A stretch of DNA of 63,702 bases, filler included, from Octopus bimaculoides (GCF_001194135.2; 6 parts of 4 records of this genome joined end to end with filler, not necessarily neighbours in it); one strand, 5' to 3'. Shown: positions 47,507 to 60,364, counted from the first letter of the whole stretch. Translations and numbers: made by a program. The notes: generated by a model not told the origin, from the letters alone.

Positions 47507-48104
47507 ACCCTCTTTCTTGTCTTTCGTTATTCCACGTCTCGGCGTTGTTTTCGTGTTTTTTCTTGCTTGTTTATGTTTGGATTGACTATATATATATATA
47601 TATATAAGCACACACACACAACCTCACAGACACACACACAAACACACACATGTATATGCATTGTTGGGTTTGTCAGTGTGTGATTTTGTATTTTTGTATT
47701 TATGTTGCTTACGTCTGTGTGTTGTCATAATAGAAAACTTAACATATATTATATATATTCGGATATCTCTCCAGACAAATTATTATAATATAAATATATA
47801 TTATATATGGATATCTCCCCAGATACAATAATATATATATATACATATATACATATATGTCTGTGTGTGTGTGTATATATATGTATATATATATATAAGG
47901 TTGAGGAGGGTATTGGATTTAACCAAACCCAGGAGGATACAGGTAATACCGAGTAAGTGATGTATACCGATTAGTTTGCGCCAGTCGTTGTATGAATAGG
48001 ATTGGGTATTATAAGTTGTGTATTAGCGTGTGTATATGTAAATATATAAAAACAAAAAGATAAAGAGAGCAAAGGTAAGGTTGGAGAAGTATTTTATGGA
48101 TAGA

Positions 48105-48153
48105 GTCTTACAGCTGTTTCTGGGAAGATCCAGTACTTCCCTTCATCGGAGAC
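48105..48153 (-). ncRNA. type I minimal hammerhead ribozyme motif (Penelope/retrozyme-type)
   Basis: Minus strand GUCU-CCGAUGA-A-GGGAAG-uacuggau-CUUCCC-A-GAAAC-AGCU-GUA-AGAC: helix I GUCU/AGAC, 6-bp helix II, palindromic helix III, GUA cleavage triplet; one core change (CUGA to CCGA). Confidence 0.65.
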
Positions 48154-48414
48154 AGAAAAAATAAAGTAATCTATTATTATATCCATAGGCGGATATTTTT
48201 AGTATGAAGTGGTAAAGAGTGTGATGTGCTGAAAAAAGAGAGAACAGTACGGATTTCTACACGGATATTTACCACTGGAATGAAACTACACTTCAAGTAC
48301 TGTTCTCTCTTTTTTCAGAACATCACACTCTTTACCACTTCATACTAAAAATATCCGCCTATGGATATAATAATAGATTACTTTATTTTTTCTGTCTCCG
48401 ATGAAGGGAAGTAC
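48132..48414. repeat. fold-back palindrome (~118-bp arms) ending at a gap
   Basis: GTACTTCCCTTCATCGGAGACAG...GAGAGAACAGTAC (48132-48250) is the reverse complement of 48297-48414 with about one mismatch. Confidence 0.9.
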
Positions 48415-49699
48415 NNNNNNNNNNNNNNNNNNNNNNNNNNNNNNNNNNNNNNNNNNNNNNNNNNNNNNNNNNNNNNNNNNNNNNNNNNNNNNNNNNNNNN
48501 NNNNNNNNNNNNNNNNNNNNNNNNNNNNNNNNNNNNNNNNNNNNNNNNNNNNNNNNNNNNNNNNNNNNNNNNNNNNNNNNNNNNNNNNNNNNNNNNNNNN
48601 NNNNNNNNNNNNNNNNNNNNNNNNNNNNNNNNNNNNNNNNNNNNNNNNNNNNNNNNNNNNNNNNNNNNNNNNNNNNNNNNNNNNNNNNNNNNNNNNNNNN
48701 NNNNNNNNNNNNNNNNNNNNNNNNNNNNNNNNNNNNNNNNNNNNNNNNNNNNNNNNNNNNNNNNNNNNNNNNNNNNNNNNNNNNNNNNNNNNNNNNNNNN
48801 NNNNNNNNNNNNNNNNNNNNNNNNNNNNNNNNNNNNNNNNNNNNNNNNNNNNNNNNNNNNNNNNNNNNNNNNNNNNNNNNNNNNNNNNNNNNNNNNNNNN
48901 NNNNNNNNNNNNNNNNNNNNNNNNNNNNNNNNNNNNNNNNNNNNNNNNNNNNNNNNNNNNNNNNNNNNNNNNNNNNNNNNNNNNNNNNNNNNNNNNNNNN
49001 NNNNNNNNNNNNNNNNNNNNNNNNNNNNNNNNNNNNNNNNNNNNNNNNNNNNNNNNNNNNNNNNNNNNNNNNNNNNNNNNNTATATATATATATATTGTA
49101 TCATATATATCTTATAAATGATGTATTTGTAAGTTTGATGCATTTTCTCCATATGTCTTCCTGTCTATAAACGTACATACAGATAATAAAGTTTCACGTC
49201 AACATACATACATAGACGTATATACATTGTACGCATATATACACATATACACGCAGATATAGACGTATATTCGTCATGAATATGTATTGTAATTTATATG
49301 GAAATGTATACTAAGATAATGTGAACCAGACAGAAACATAATGAACGGGGGTGGGGAAACTCGAGGCGAGGAAAGAATGAGAGAAAGAGAGAGATTAATA
49401 GTGAGAAAAAGATTAAGAGAGATAGAGTGAGAGAGGGTGTGAGGGAGGGTGAGAGTTAGGGGTAGAGATTGAACCAAACAAAGACGAGGAAGTGACTTAC
49501 GTAATGTGGTTGTGTTGAATGAAGGAATATGGAAATTGAATATGAAATATCAAAGTGACGCAAATATAAATGTGTGTCTGTTTGTATGTATGTATATATA
49601 TATATGTCTGTGTATATGTGTGTGTGTATATATATATGTATCTAAATATATCTACGTATGTATACATATATATATGTATATACACGTGCATAGAAATAT

Positions 49700-49730
<31 letters not shown>

Positions 49731-51792
49731 NNNNNNNNNNNNNNNNNNNNNNNNNNNNNNNNNNNNNNNNNNNNNNNNNNNNNNNNNNNNNNNNNNNNNN
49801 NNNNNNNNNNNNNNNNNNNNNNNNNNNNNNNNNNNNNNNNNNNNNNNNNNNNNNNNNNNNNNNNNNNNNNNNNNNNNNNNNNNNNNNNNNNNNNNNNNNN
49901 NNNNNNNNNNNNNNNNNNNNNNNNNNNNNNNNNNNNNNNNNNNNNNNNNNNNNNNNNNNNNNNNNNNNNNNNNNNNNNNNNNNNNNNNNNNNNNNNNNNN
50001 NNNNNNNNNNNNNNNNNNNNNNNNNNNNNNNNNNNNNNNNNNNNNNNNNNNNNNNNNNNNNNNNNNNNNNNNNNNNNNNNNNNNNNNNNNNNNNNNNNNN
50101 NNNNNNNNNNNNNNNNNNNNNNNNNNNNNNNNNNNNNNNNNNNNNNNNNNNNNNNNNNNNNNNNNNNNNNNNNNNNNNNNNNNNNNNNNNNNNNNNNNNN
50201 NNNNNNNNNNNNNNNNNNNNNNNNNNNNNNNNNNNNNNNNNNNNNNNNNNNNNNNNNNNNNNNNNNNNNNNNNNNNNNNNNNNNNNNNNNNNNNNNNNNN
50301 NNNNNNNNNNNNNNNNNNNNNNNNNNNNNNNNNNNNNNNNNNNNNNNNNNNNNNNNNNNNNNNNNNNNNNNNNNNNNNNNNNNNNNNNNNNNNNNNNNNN
50401 NNNNNNNNNNNNNNNNNNNNNNNNNNNNNNNNNNNNNNNNNNNNNNNNNNNNNNNNNNNNNNNNNNNNNNNNNNNNNNNNNNNNNNNNNNNNNNNNNNNN
50501 NNNNNNNNNNNNNNNNNNNNNNNNNNNNNNNNNNNNNNNNNNNNNNNNNNNNNNNNNNNNNNNNNNNNNNNNNNNNNNNNNNNNNNNNNNNNNNNNNNNN
50601 NNNNNNNNNNNNNNNNNNNNNNNNNNNNNNNNNNNNNNNNNNNNNNNNNNNNNNNNNNNNNNNTATATATATATATGCACCCAGGCGGCGTCCCGTTTGA
50701 CCAATGTACAGGGAAGGACAGAGAAGGCAGGAGATGCAGTAAATGACATTAGTAGAGGAGCAGGTAAATTGGCACCCATATCAGGGACGATATGGGTGCC
50801 AATAAGTATGTGTGCGTGCGTGAGCGTGTGTGTGTGTGTGTGTGCATGTGCGTGTGTGTGTATTTATGCATGTAATATATGTATATATATATGTATGAAT
50901 GTTAATATCTATGGGTGTGTCTTTGTGTCTGTGTTGGTGTGTTTACGTACCTGCTGTCTAGCAGTTCGGCATAAGAGAACGATGGAATAAGTACTAGGCT
51001 CAAAAAGTAAGTCCGGGGTCGATTTGTTCAACTAAAGCTATGAAGGCAGTGCTCCATCATGGCCGCAATCAAATGGCTGAAACAAGTAAAACAATAAAAA
51101 AAAATGTAAATATTTACAATCCTTCATGCTCATTACGTCACATGCAACACTTTACCCACGAATGGTTGTGACAATACATGCAGATTTTGCTTTTGCGATC
51201 TTATTTTATTTATCGATTTTATTTTAGACTCGTCAATCGGTTTTAATTTAATTGGAAATCTCTGTGGTACGAGTTATAAGTTTGATTTTCATCGTATGGA
51301 CAAATAGCAAGAATGTTTCATCTATTCTTTTGAAGAAACATGTAATAAGAATCAATATCTTGAGATTTTAGTTGCCCAAAGGTAACATTTGCTACCACGA
51401 CTGTCTGATAGCTGCATCTTAGCAACATAATTCCAAATTGTAGTGGATTTTCTTCCGTGTCGTTTGCAAACCAAATATATTTGGCAAGCAATGTTATAGC
51501 GTACTTAGTTTTAAAGCAGAACAAGTGTGTATGTTGTGTGAATTTAGCCTTAAACGTGCTTAGATTTAACCCGATATTGAGTTTTACACTACAGTCAGAT
51601 AACTCTACATCTGCTCTGCTCAAATACTATTTAATTTCAGTTTTGTTAGAGATTAGAGATGTGTAAACTTAATTTGACTATACAACTATAACCGATTTAT
51701 GAATTAACTTAAAGCTATCACTAAATCTGTATGAAAATCAGCAGGGCTCCCTAAATGATGTATGGAAAGTTATGGTTACATTTCTGCATACG

Positions 51793-51975
51793 CTTAGCCC
51801 TTTAGCATTCACATTATTCCGTCAAAAGTTCGTCTGCCGCGACGTTCTGAGTTCAAATTCCGCCGGTGTCGACTTTGCGTTCATCCTTTTTGGCATTGAT
51901 TAAACAAGTACCAGTTACGCACTGGGGGTCGATGTGCTCGACTTAATCTCTTTCCATTTGTGCTTCCAGTAGAAA
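51793..51975 (+). mobile_element. family A SINE, 5'-degenerate
   Basis: GACGTTCTGAGTTCAAATTCCGCCGGTGTCGACTTTGC...AAGTACCAGTTACGCACTGGGG. Confidence 0.75.
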
Positions 51976-53188
51976 ACATTATTCTATCAAAAGTAATGCT
52001 TATTTATTCATATTAAAAAAAAAAAATTATTGTGCGTTATTTTGTAATTTTGAGATTATGATGTGGTAACTGTCAATTTTTGGAATGATAATGTGGGGCT
52101 AATGTGAGAGGCCAGATCTGACCAGTTTGAATATAAACCAGGTAGAACCAGGTGAACGGTTTAAATGCTAAAGGGTTAAACTAATGAAAAGATTGTAACA
52201 AGTATATCATAAATTTCTTTCATAACAGATAGGCCAATTTTATCAAATGCCGGAAACACATGGAAACACATATGTATTAGATGTCTCTATCCATATGTAT
52301 CAGATGTCTCTAATACAAAAGCACTTGGAGCATCCATTCATGTGTTCCCAATGAATACAACGATGAAACAATGGGGCGAACTCTTAACGTATACTTTCCT
52401 TTGTCTTCATTTTCTATTACACACACACACATATGTATATATATATATATGATATATATGCATATACACCCCCTACGCCTTGGATCTTATCTTTNNNNNN
52501 NNNNNNNNNNNNNNNNNNNNNNNNNNNNNNNNNNNNNNNNNNNNNNNNNNNNNNNNNNNNNNNNNNNNNNNNNNNNNNNNNNNNNNNNNNNNNNNNNNNN
52601 NNNNNNNNNNNNNNNNNNNNNNNNNNNNNNNNNNNNNNNNNNNNNNNNTATATATACCTATAAGGTGAGCAAAAGTGTACGTACGCCGCTATATGTATAT
52701 ATAAATCTCAAAAATGGAACAAGAACACAACAGACGACAATAAAACATCCGGACAGATAGACTATATTAAGACGGACAGGAAGAACGACAAAAAGACGGA
52801 TATGTATCTATGTATATGTGTGTGTCTGTGTATATAACAGAATATGTTAGTAGGTATATGTACATATATTTAAACATATGTTTGTGTTTGCATATATGTG
52901 CATATGTGTACATGTATGTGTACGCTCAAGAGCTTTTTAATCTGTAATTATTCCATTCAAAACCAAGTGGATGATGTCAAGTGCGTGACTTACTGGGTCA
53001 GAAAATGTCGACCCTTGGCCCTCCATTTGTAAACTCTCAATAAACGATTGAACTTATTGCCCAGAGCCAACTATTGTAAAAACATGTCCAATCCGACCCG
53101 CCTGTATTTGTTTGAATTTAACAACCAAACAAACCGAGTGTAGTGTGTTGTGCGTTTTTCTCCGATACTTGATTTTTCTATCTTACAG

Positions 53189-53284
53189 AAAGTATTGACA
53201 TCTAGGATCCATTATTCTGGTTCAAGCATGACACAAAGAGAATCCTTAGACTTAAATAGAAACCTTAGACCACTTCTATACAAA
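53189..53284 (+). CDS. candidate 96-nt phase 0-0 exon
   Basis: Acceptor TTGATTTTTCTATCTTACAG, open KVLTSRIHYSGSSMTQRESLDLNRNLRPLLYK, weak GTACAA donor. Confidence 0.38.
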
Positions 53285-53611
53285 GTACAACTTGTTTTCG
53301 ACTGATATGTACTTTATTTATAAAAGAAGTACAAACAGATTATATCATAAACTTAAACAATAGAATTATTCATTTAATAAAATTAAAACAGCTTTTATAG
53401 TAGGTGCGCATACAATTTGCTGTATATGCGCTGTATATTTATATAATATACGCTGTATATTTGAGGTTGTTTATATGTATACATCACTGTCGGAAAGCTA
53501 ATGTATACCTGTGCATGAGTTTCTGTATACGTGTGTAGTCTTTAATTTTAAACAAAGCTTATATATGATAAATGAATAATATTTCTTCCTGTCTTGTATC
53601 CCTCTGTATAG

Positions 53612-53734
53612 AATGATAGAGCTGGAATTCTTTTAGCGCAGTTTTCAGAAATATTTTCAAATGAAACTCAATCAAAGCCGAAACTTAATATAGAAACCAG
53701 CGAGACATTTGTCAAACTTATCATTGATCAAGAG
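53612..53734 (+). CDS. candidate 123-nt phase 0-0 exon
   Basis: Acceptor TCTTGTATCCCTCTGTATAG, open NDRAGILLAQFSEIFSNETQSKPKLNIETSETFVKLIIDQE, GTAAAG donor; phase-compatible with 53189-53284. Confidence 0.4.
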
Positions 53735-53949
53735 GTAAAGTTTATTTACTTTTCATTTTCAGAACCAAAGAATATAAAATCGAAAGACACACAATGCAGA
53801 ATTATTTACTCTGTGATCGTCATTCTGATAAATTCATGAGCTACATGTCCGTTATTATTGTATTACAAACACTAATTACTTAATATGTTTGAGTTAATTA
53901 CTTTTAATAATTTGTTTTCATGTACCATGTAAAGATCTACGGAATTTAC

Positions 53950-54030
53950 CTCGTAATACAGGCATAGAGCTTTATGTCTAAATCCTCATCTTCTCCGTTC
54001 AACATCGACATCCATCGCCGCCATTTTGTT
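53950..54030 (-). promoter_or_regulatory. YY1-motif (AAAATGGCGG) putative TSS/first exon, copy 1
   Basis: CCGCCATTTT at 54018-54027; minus strand ends ACGAG|GTAAAT donor-like at 53949. Confidence 0.4.
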
Positions 54031-54641
54031 GCGATTATGGTTTGTTATTTCGTTTGTTTTTCTTCGTTTATGAGTCCCTTTCGTTTATGTTTTTTGAAAA
54101 AAAACAGTTTCACAAAATACTAACATGTATATTCGATATGCAACAATAGCGTCCCCAAGTTCCTTAAGGTTTCAACACTTTCTCGGTCACATTCTATGAA
54201 AGTATGTGATGTCGATGGTGTTATGTTTTCAACAGAGATTATCAGAATAAAATTGTAACTAATAAAATACGTATCACCAAATTAAAATTTTGCGATTTTT
54301 AAAATGAGGTTGATTTCATTCATACGAGCAGGTTCACTGTTTTAGTTTTTGCATTCCTCAACACCTTTTCTTAGCATTCCTCTATATTAAAACAAAATGT
54401 GGAATCCAATATACTACCAACAGGTGTTTTCAGTATAGGGTAAAAATAGGGATCGAAGAAATAGAGAGAGATAGGTGGACAGAGAGGGGAGATGGTTAAA
54501 GAAACAGCAGTAACATTTAAATCTAAAAGGATGTATATATAGAATTGTTTAGCGAAGTTACAAATTCAAAGCTATCACAAAAAACAAATACGACATAACA
54601 TGTATATTTCCAAAAATCACAAACGTTCTAAGAAACTGACG

Positions 54642-54722
54642 TCGTAATACAGGCATAGCGTTTTATGTCTGAATTTTCATCTTCTGCCTTCAGCACCGAA
54701 CATCCATCGCCGCCATTTTGTT
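54642..54722 (-). promoter_or_regulatory. YY1-motif putative TSS/first exon, copy 2 (tandem paralogue)
   Basis: CCGCCATTTT at 54710-54719; aligns with 53951-54030; ends ACGAC|GTCAGT. Confidence 0.4.
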
Positions 54723-55167
54723 ATGAGTATGTGATATTATTTTTACTATGGTGGACGTTTTCGTCCATTTTTCTTCCTTTATGAATCCTCTTTTTTGATG
54801 TTTTTGAAAAGTTGTTTTATAAAATAGAAATGAATACATAAATATTATATTCCTAAGAAGACTTAAGAATGAAAAGAATAGGCGAAGAGAAGACTGTTTG
54901 GGATTAGATGCATATTATATACATATAAATAAATATANNNNNNNNNNNNNNNNNNNNNNNNNNNNNNNNNNNNNNNNNNNNTTAATTAATTAANNNNNNN
55001 NNNNNNNNNNNNNNNNNNNNNNNNNNNNNNNNNNNNNAATATATATATATATATATATATATAAAGTCACAAAGTATGAGAGATGAATATATTTATTTAA
55101 CCACTTGATATCCTTGTCAGTGGATTTGGTAGACGGAAACTGAAAGAAGCCTATCGTACATACATAC

Positions 55168-55209
<42 letters not shown>

Positions 55210-55217
55210 ATACACGA

Positions 55218-55360
55218 TGGGCTTCTTTCAGTTTCCGTCTACCAAATCCACTCACAAGGCTTTGGTCAGCCCGAGGCTATAGTAGAAGACACTTGCGCAA
55301 GGTGTCACGCAGTGGGACTGAACCCAGAACAATGTGGTTGGTAAGCAAGCTACTTACCAC
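55218..55360 (-). mobile_element. family B SINE 5' half, low divergence
   Basis: GGGCTTCTTTCAGTTTCCGTCTACCAAATCCACTCACAAGGC...GTGGGACTGAACCC...GCTACTTACCAC. Confidence 0.8.
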
Positions 55361-56124
55361 GTGCATATTTAAAGCTGTGTACATTTATATTTGCAACGCT
55401 CGTGTGCACCGAAACAGGAAATGACATTCGCTGCAGTAACGGTCTCGGAGGATATATTCTGCTTATCGACAGTGAAAACAAACCGAGCAGATTTATGAAT
55501 GGCATAATCGGAACGGTTTTATACGAGGTTACGCTTTATTAGTTCGACTGTAAATCGTTAATTCCAGCTTCACAGAACTTTGCACGCGCTAGAAAATTTA
55601 TCTTTCGCTATTTACGTATAAAAACGGCTGTTAGTGGTGGGTTATGGACGACAAATTTAGTATCTATAAATGATGAAGAGTAACCAAGCAACAAAACGTT
55701 GCTTGGTGTCCGATGAGCTACGGCAGCGCTGGTTTTTCTACTTTTAGGTTTACAAGAAAGTGTTAAATGTAAATGCACACGAATTTATTTTAATCAACGC
55801 TGCAATGTATGCCTTTAATATATATATATATATATATGAGAGAGCGAGAAAGGGGAAGAGAGAAAAACAGACGGACAGACAGACAGAGAAAATGGAATTC
55901 ATAAGATTAATAAAGTATCTCGTGAATTCCATTTTCTTTCTCTTTCTCTCATATTTTATAAGCTCTCCAGACACGAAAGTATTTCTGAAGTAAATTCAGT
56001 GGCATTTGAATCCATAATATTGATGACATCAGGTTGCCGAATACAGTAAACGGGCTTTAAATGGCACACTGCAAGGTTTGCAAGGAGTGTACCTGAATTT
56101 AAAACGGTATATATATCGTAACTG

Positions 56125-56943
56125 ATGGAGTGCCACGATGTCTCAATAAAGCCTTGATTCCATTGTTCTCTCAATAAAAGTGAGTCCTCTCACACCAGCC
56201 GCACTCATTCAGCTTCAAAGCATAACACATCCGCCACCGTGTTTCACGGTAGGCACGGTGCATTTGTCGCTGTTATCTTCATCTGGTCGTCGCCATACTC
56301 GTTTAATACCATCTGACTCAAACAAGTTGATTTTAGTCTCGTCAGAGAAAAAGAATTTTATTCCAAAACTCCTTCCCCTTACTAACATAGGTTTCAGCAA
56401 AGGAACGACGATTTGATTTATACCTAGTAGTGAAGAGAGTCTTCCTACGAGGAATGTGTCCATGAAGACCACACTGGTTCAAGCTTCGGTGAACTGTTTG
56501 GGCGTATATACTCTTTCCACTAACAGAAGACACTTCTTGGGCCAAAGATGAAGTAGTACCACGTCTGTCGTCCATCACGCAACGTTGGATGTGGCGAATA
56601 TCACGTGCAGTTAAAATAGAAGAACGACCTGGAGGATGTTTATTGCTTAGCCGTCCAGTAGTTTTGTACTTCTAAATTACTTTGGCAACTGTGTTTACGC
56701 TAATATGTATTCGTTTGCTAATTAACTTGTATCCTAAACCATTCTTGTGCAAATTAAAAATAATTTTCTTCAAATCTTCAAGACAATTATTTTCCTTTCG
56801 GTGCCATTTTAATCACAATGAAGAAGATTTTCATCACGGTACACAAATCAGAATTCCTGCAGATTCAATAACAATGGCCGGTGTAAAAATGCCAGGAGAA
56901 ATAATTTATTAGAATTGAAATTATTAGCAATATCTGAATTTAA
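56125..56943 (-). pseudogene. Tc1 transposase pseudogene, same family as 7205-8101, cut by gap
   Basis: FSDETKINLFESDGIKRVWRRP...VPTVKHGGGCVML; 56590-56943 aligns in reverse with about 7470-7810. Confidence 0.85.
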
Positions 56944-57877
56944 NNNNNNNNNNNNNNNNNNNNNNNNNNNNNNNNNNNNNNNNNNNNNNNNNNNNNNNNN
57001 NNNNNNNNNNNNNNNNNNNNNNNNNNNNNNNNNNNNNNNNNNNNNNNNNNNNNNNNNNNNNNNNNNNNNNNNNNNNNNNNNNNNNNNNNNNNNNNNNNNN
57101 NNNNNNNNNNNNNNNNNNNNNNNNNNNNNNNNNNNNNNNNNNNNNNNNNNNNNNNNNNNNNNNNNNNNNNNNNNNNNNNNNNNNNNNNNNNNNNNNNNNN
57201 NNNNNNNNNNNNNNNNNNNNNNNNNNNNNNNNNNNNNNNNNNNNNNNNNNNNNNNNNNNNNNNNNNNNNNNNNNNNNNNNNNNNNNNNNNNNNNNNNNNN
57301 NNNNNNNNNNNNNNNNNNNNNNNNNNNNNNNNNNNNNNNNNNNNNNNNNNNNNNNNNNNNNNNNNNNNNNNNNNNNNNNNNNNNNNNNNNNNNNNNNNNN
57401 NNNNNNNNNNNNNNNNNNNNNNNNNNNNNNNNNNNNNNNNNNNNNNNNNNNNNNNNNNNNNNNNNNNNNNNNNNNNNNNNNNNNNNNNNNNNNNNNNNNN
57501 NNNNNNNNNNNNNNNNNNNNNNNNNNNNNNNNNNNNNNNNNNNNNNNNNNNNNNNNNNNNNNNNNNNNNNNNNNNNNNNNNNNNNNNNNNNNNNNNNNNN
57601 TATATATATATATATATACACACATTCATACATACATACATACATACATACATACATACATACATACATTGATACACCTTTCTACACCTGTTGATACGTA
57701 TACGTGCATCTGTGTGGCTGGACGGGTGAGGGGTAGTGTAGTGTAGTGTATACTAAAGAACGTTCTATTGAGAATGTTATAGCGAATAGGATTGCTCCAT
57801 ATTTATCTGGAAGAATCAGAAAGAACGTAAGCGATCAATGTTTATAGGAACGATGTCATTAACTTGCTCTGTGTCAT

Positions 57878-57959
57878 TATCATCATCAACATCATCACCG
57901 TCGTCGTCATCATCATCATCATCATCATCGTCATCATCATCATCGTCATCATCATCGTC

Positions 57960-57990
<31 letters not shown>

Positions 57991-58130
57991 ATAGCACTAC
58001 TTCCAGCAATCAACAGCACCTTATGACATGGCACAGCATTGATTTCTTTTGTTGTTCTATGTTGTTGTTGTTGTTGTTGTTGGGAGGGGTTGTGGTGGTG
58101 GTGGTGGTGATGGTGGTGGTGGTGGTGGCG
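57878..58130. repeat. (CAT)n, (TTG)n and (GGT)n arrays
   Basis: Direct inspection; explains the poly-D/S ORFs. Confidence 0.92.
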
Positions 58131-59468
58131 AGATAGATGTTTCCTTTATATTCTGACTTAATCGCTGATGATTTATCACCATTTTCTCTCTCTTTCTCNN
58201 NNNNNNNNNNNNNNNNNNNNNNNNNNNNNNNNNNNNNNNNNNNNNNNNNNNNNNNNNNNNNNNNNNNNNNNNNNNNNNNNNNNNNNNNNNNNNNNNNNNN
58301 NNNNNNNNNNNNNNNNNNNNNNNNNNNNNNNNNNNNNNNNNNNNNNNNNNNNNNNNNNNNNNNNNNNNNNNNNNNNNNNNNNNNNNNNNNNNNNNNNNNN
58401 NNNNNNNNNNNNNNNNNNNNNNNNNNNNNNNNNNNNNNNNNNNNNNNNNNNNNNNNNNNNNNNNNNNNNNNNNNNNNNNNNNNNNNNNNNNNNNNNNNNN
58501 NNNNNNNNNNNNNNNNNNNNNNNNNNNNNNNNNNNNNNNNNNNNNNNNNNNNNNNNNNNNNNNNNNNNNNNNNNNNNNNNNNNNNNNNNNNNNNNNNNNN
58601 NNNNNNNNNNNNNNNNNNNNNNNNNNNNNNNNNNNNNNNNNNNNNNNNNNNNNNNNNNNNNNNNNNNNNNNNNNNNNNNNNNNNNNNNNNNNNNNNNNNN
58701 NNNNNNNNNNNNNNNNNNNNNNNNNNNNNNNNNNNNNNNNNNNNNNNNNNNNNNNNNNNNNNNNNNNNNNNNNNNNNNNNNNNNNNNNNNNNNNNNNNNN
58801 NNNNNNNNNNNNNNNNNNNNNNNNNTATATATATATATATATATATATGGTGCACCAGCATGACCGCAGCCACTTGGCTGAAACACATAAATAAATAAAT
58901 ATATATAAATAATTATATATATATGTGTGTGTATGTGAAACCATATACATATATATAATGCATAAACATACATACACGCTATTTTCATTTCTCTTTAGCG
59001 TTAAACTAATACATTTGTTAAAATTTATCCCACCTGGGCTGTCTTCTTTTATTTTGTGCTCATTGCTTTCAATATGTGTGTGTGTATTGTGTGCGTGTGT
59101 GTGTGTGCTTGTGTATGTATGTATGTATTATGTATGTAGGCGCACGCCTACACATACGCACATGCATAAACATACTCTTACACATATACATACACGCAGA
59201 CACAGACGCACATGCACACATACACACACATACGCATATGCATCCACATACACAGACACGCACACACACACATATGCACACGCACCGACATGCGCACCTA
59301 CGCACGTGCAACGATACTTTCTTTCATAATAAAGCCTTGTGACTCAATTGAATGGCAAAAACGGGAACAAAACGAAACAAAAATCCCCAAAACTAAATGA
59401 ATAAAAATACATAAATAAAATATACTTTTAATATTAAAAAAATATATCTTCCTCCCAACTTCTTTCCC

Positions 59469-59542
<74 letters not shown>

Positions 59543-60364
59543 NNNNNNNNNNNNNNNNNNNNNNNNNNNNNNNNNNNNNNNNNNNNNNNNNNNNNNNNNN
59601 NNNNNNNNNNNNNNNNNNNNNNNNNNNNNNNNNNNNNNNNNNNNNNNNNNNNNNNNNNNNNNNNNNNNNNNNNNNNNNNNNNNNNNNNNNNNNNNNNNNN
59701 NNNNNNNNNNNNNNNNNNNNNNNNNNNNNNNNNNNNNNNNNNNNNNNNNNNNNTATATATATATATATGCTTTATTTGTTTTGCCATATATTCTACAAAA
59801 TAGCACTTTTATCAGGTTTTCATTATGTTCATTTTTCCACAACGACCATGTTTACCACGGAGCTGAATAGGCCAGTGTTGCACTTGTTGTATTTTTTGAA
59901 AGCCTTCGGCTCTAAAGGGACTTGTTTTACGATTACACACGCTCTTTCATTTTTCTTGTTTCGCATTTGCATTTCACAGGTTGCTTGGATTAGATGTTTG
60001 TCACGAAGATTAGAGTTTTAACATTGGTTTCTTTTCCCTTTTCGCAACTCGTTTTGTTTCTGCTCTCGTTCACATTAATATGATTCACATAATCACCTCT
60101 AGCGAATGTTTAATTGATTAGATTTATTGATTCTATCGAATAATCAATTTAGTCGATAATTTTCCACTCGCTGCAGAATCATTATATTGCGTGCTCTAAA
60201 AGAGAAATCAATATACATACGGAATTAAGCCCTCAGAATTAGCCTAGCGGATCATAAGAGTCCTAATATATATCTTGAATAAGGCTAAAACAATAAAACG
60301 GAAATGTGTGTTTGTCTCTGTAGTTCACATACATGTGTGTGCATGAATGAGTGAGTTTATTCTC

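Noticed and set aside
48340-50990. Long ORFs of 230-510 aa in the track (also 8240-9158, 30936-32080, 56848-58988)
   Set aside because: Open only because they run through N-gaps
53991-54024. MAAMDVD start resembling the RBX1 N-terminus
   Set aside because: The frame stops after 12 codons and no RING-domain exons were found
55956-56100. Minus-strand terminal exon GTLLANLAVCHLKPVYCIRQPDV...
   Set aside because: Weak acceptor adjacent to a Tc1 remnant, and a competing plus-strand exon has a stronger acceptor; cannot be supported
57816-58136. Poly-Asp/poly-Ser ORFs
   Set aside because: (CAT)n microsatellite with no supporting splice context or domain
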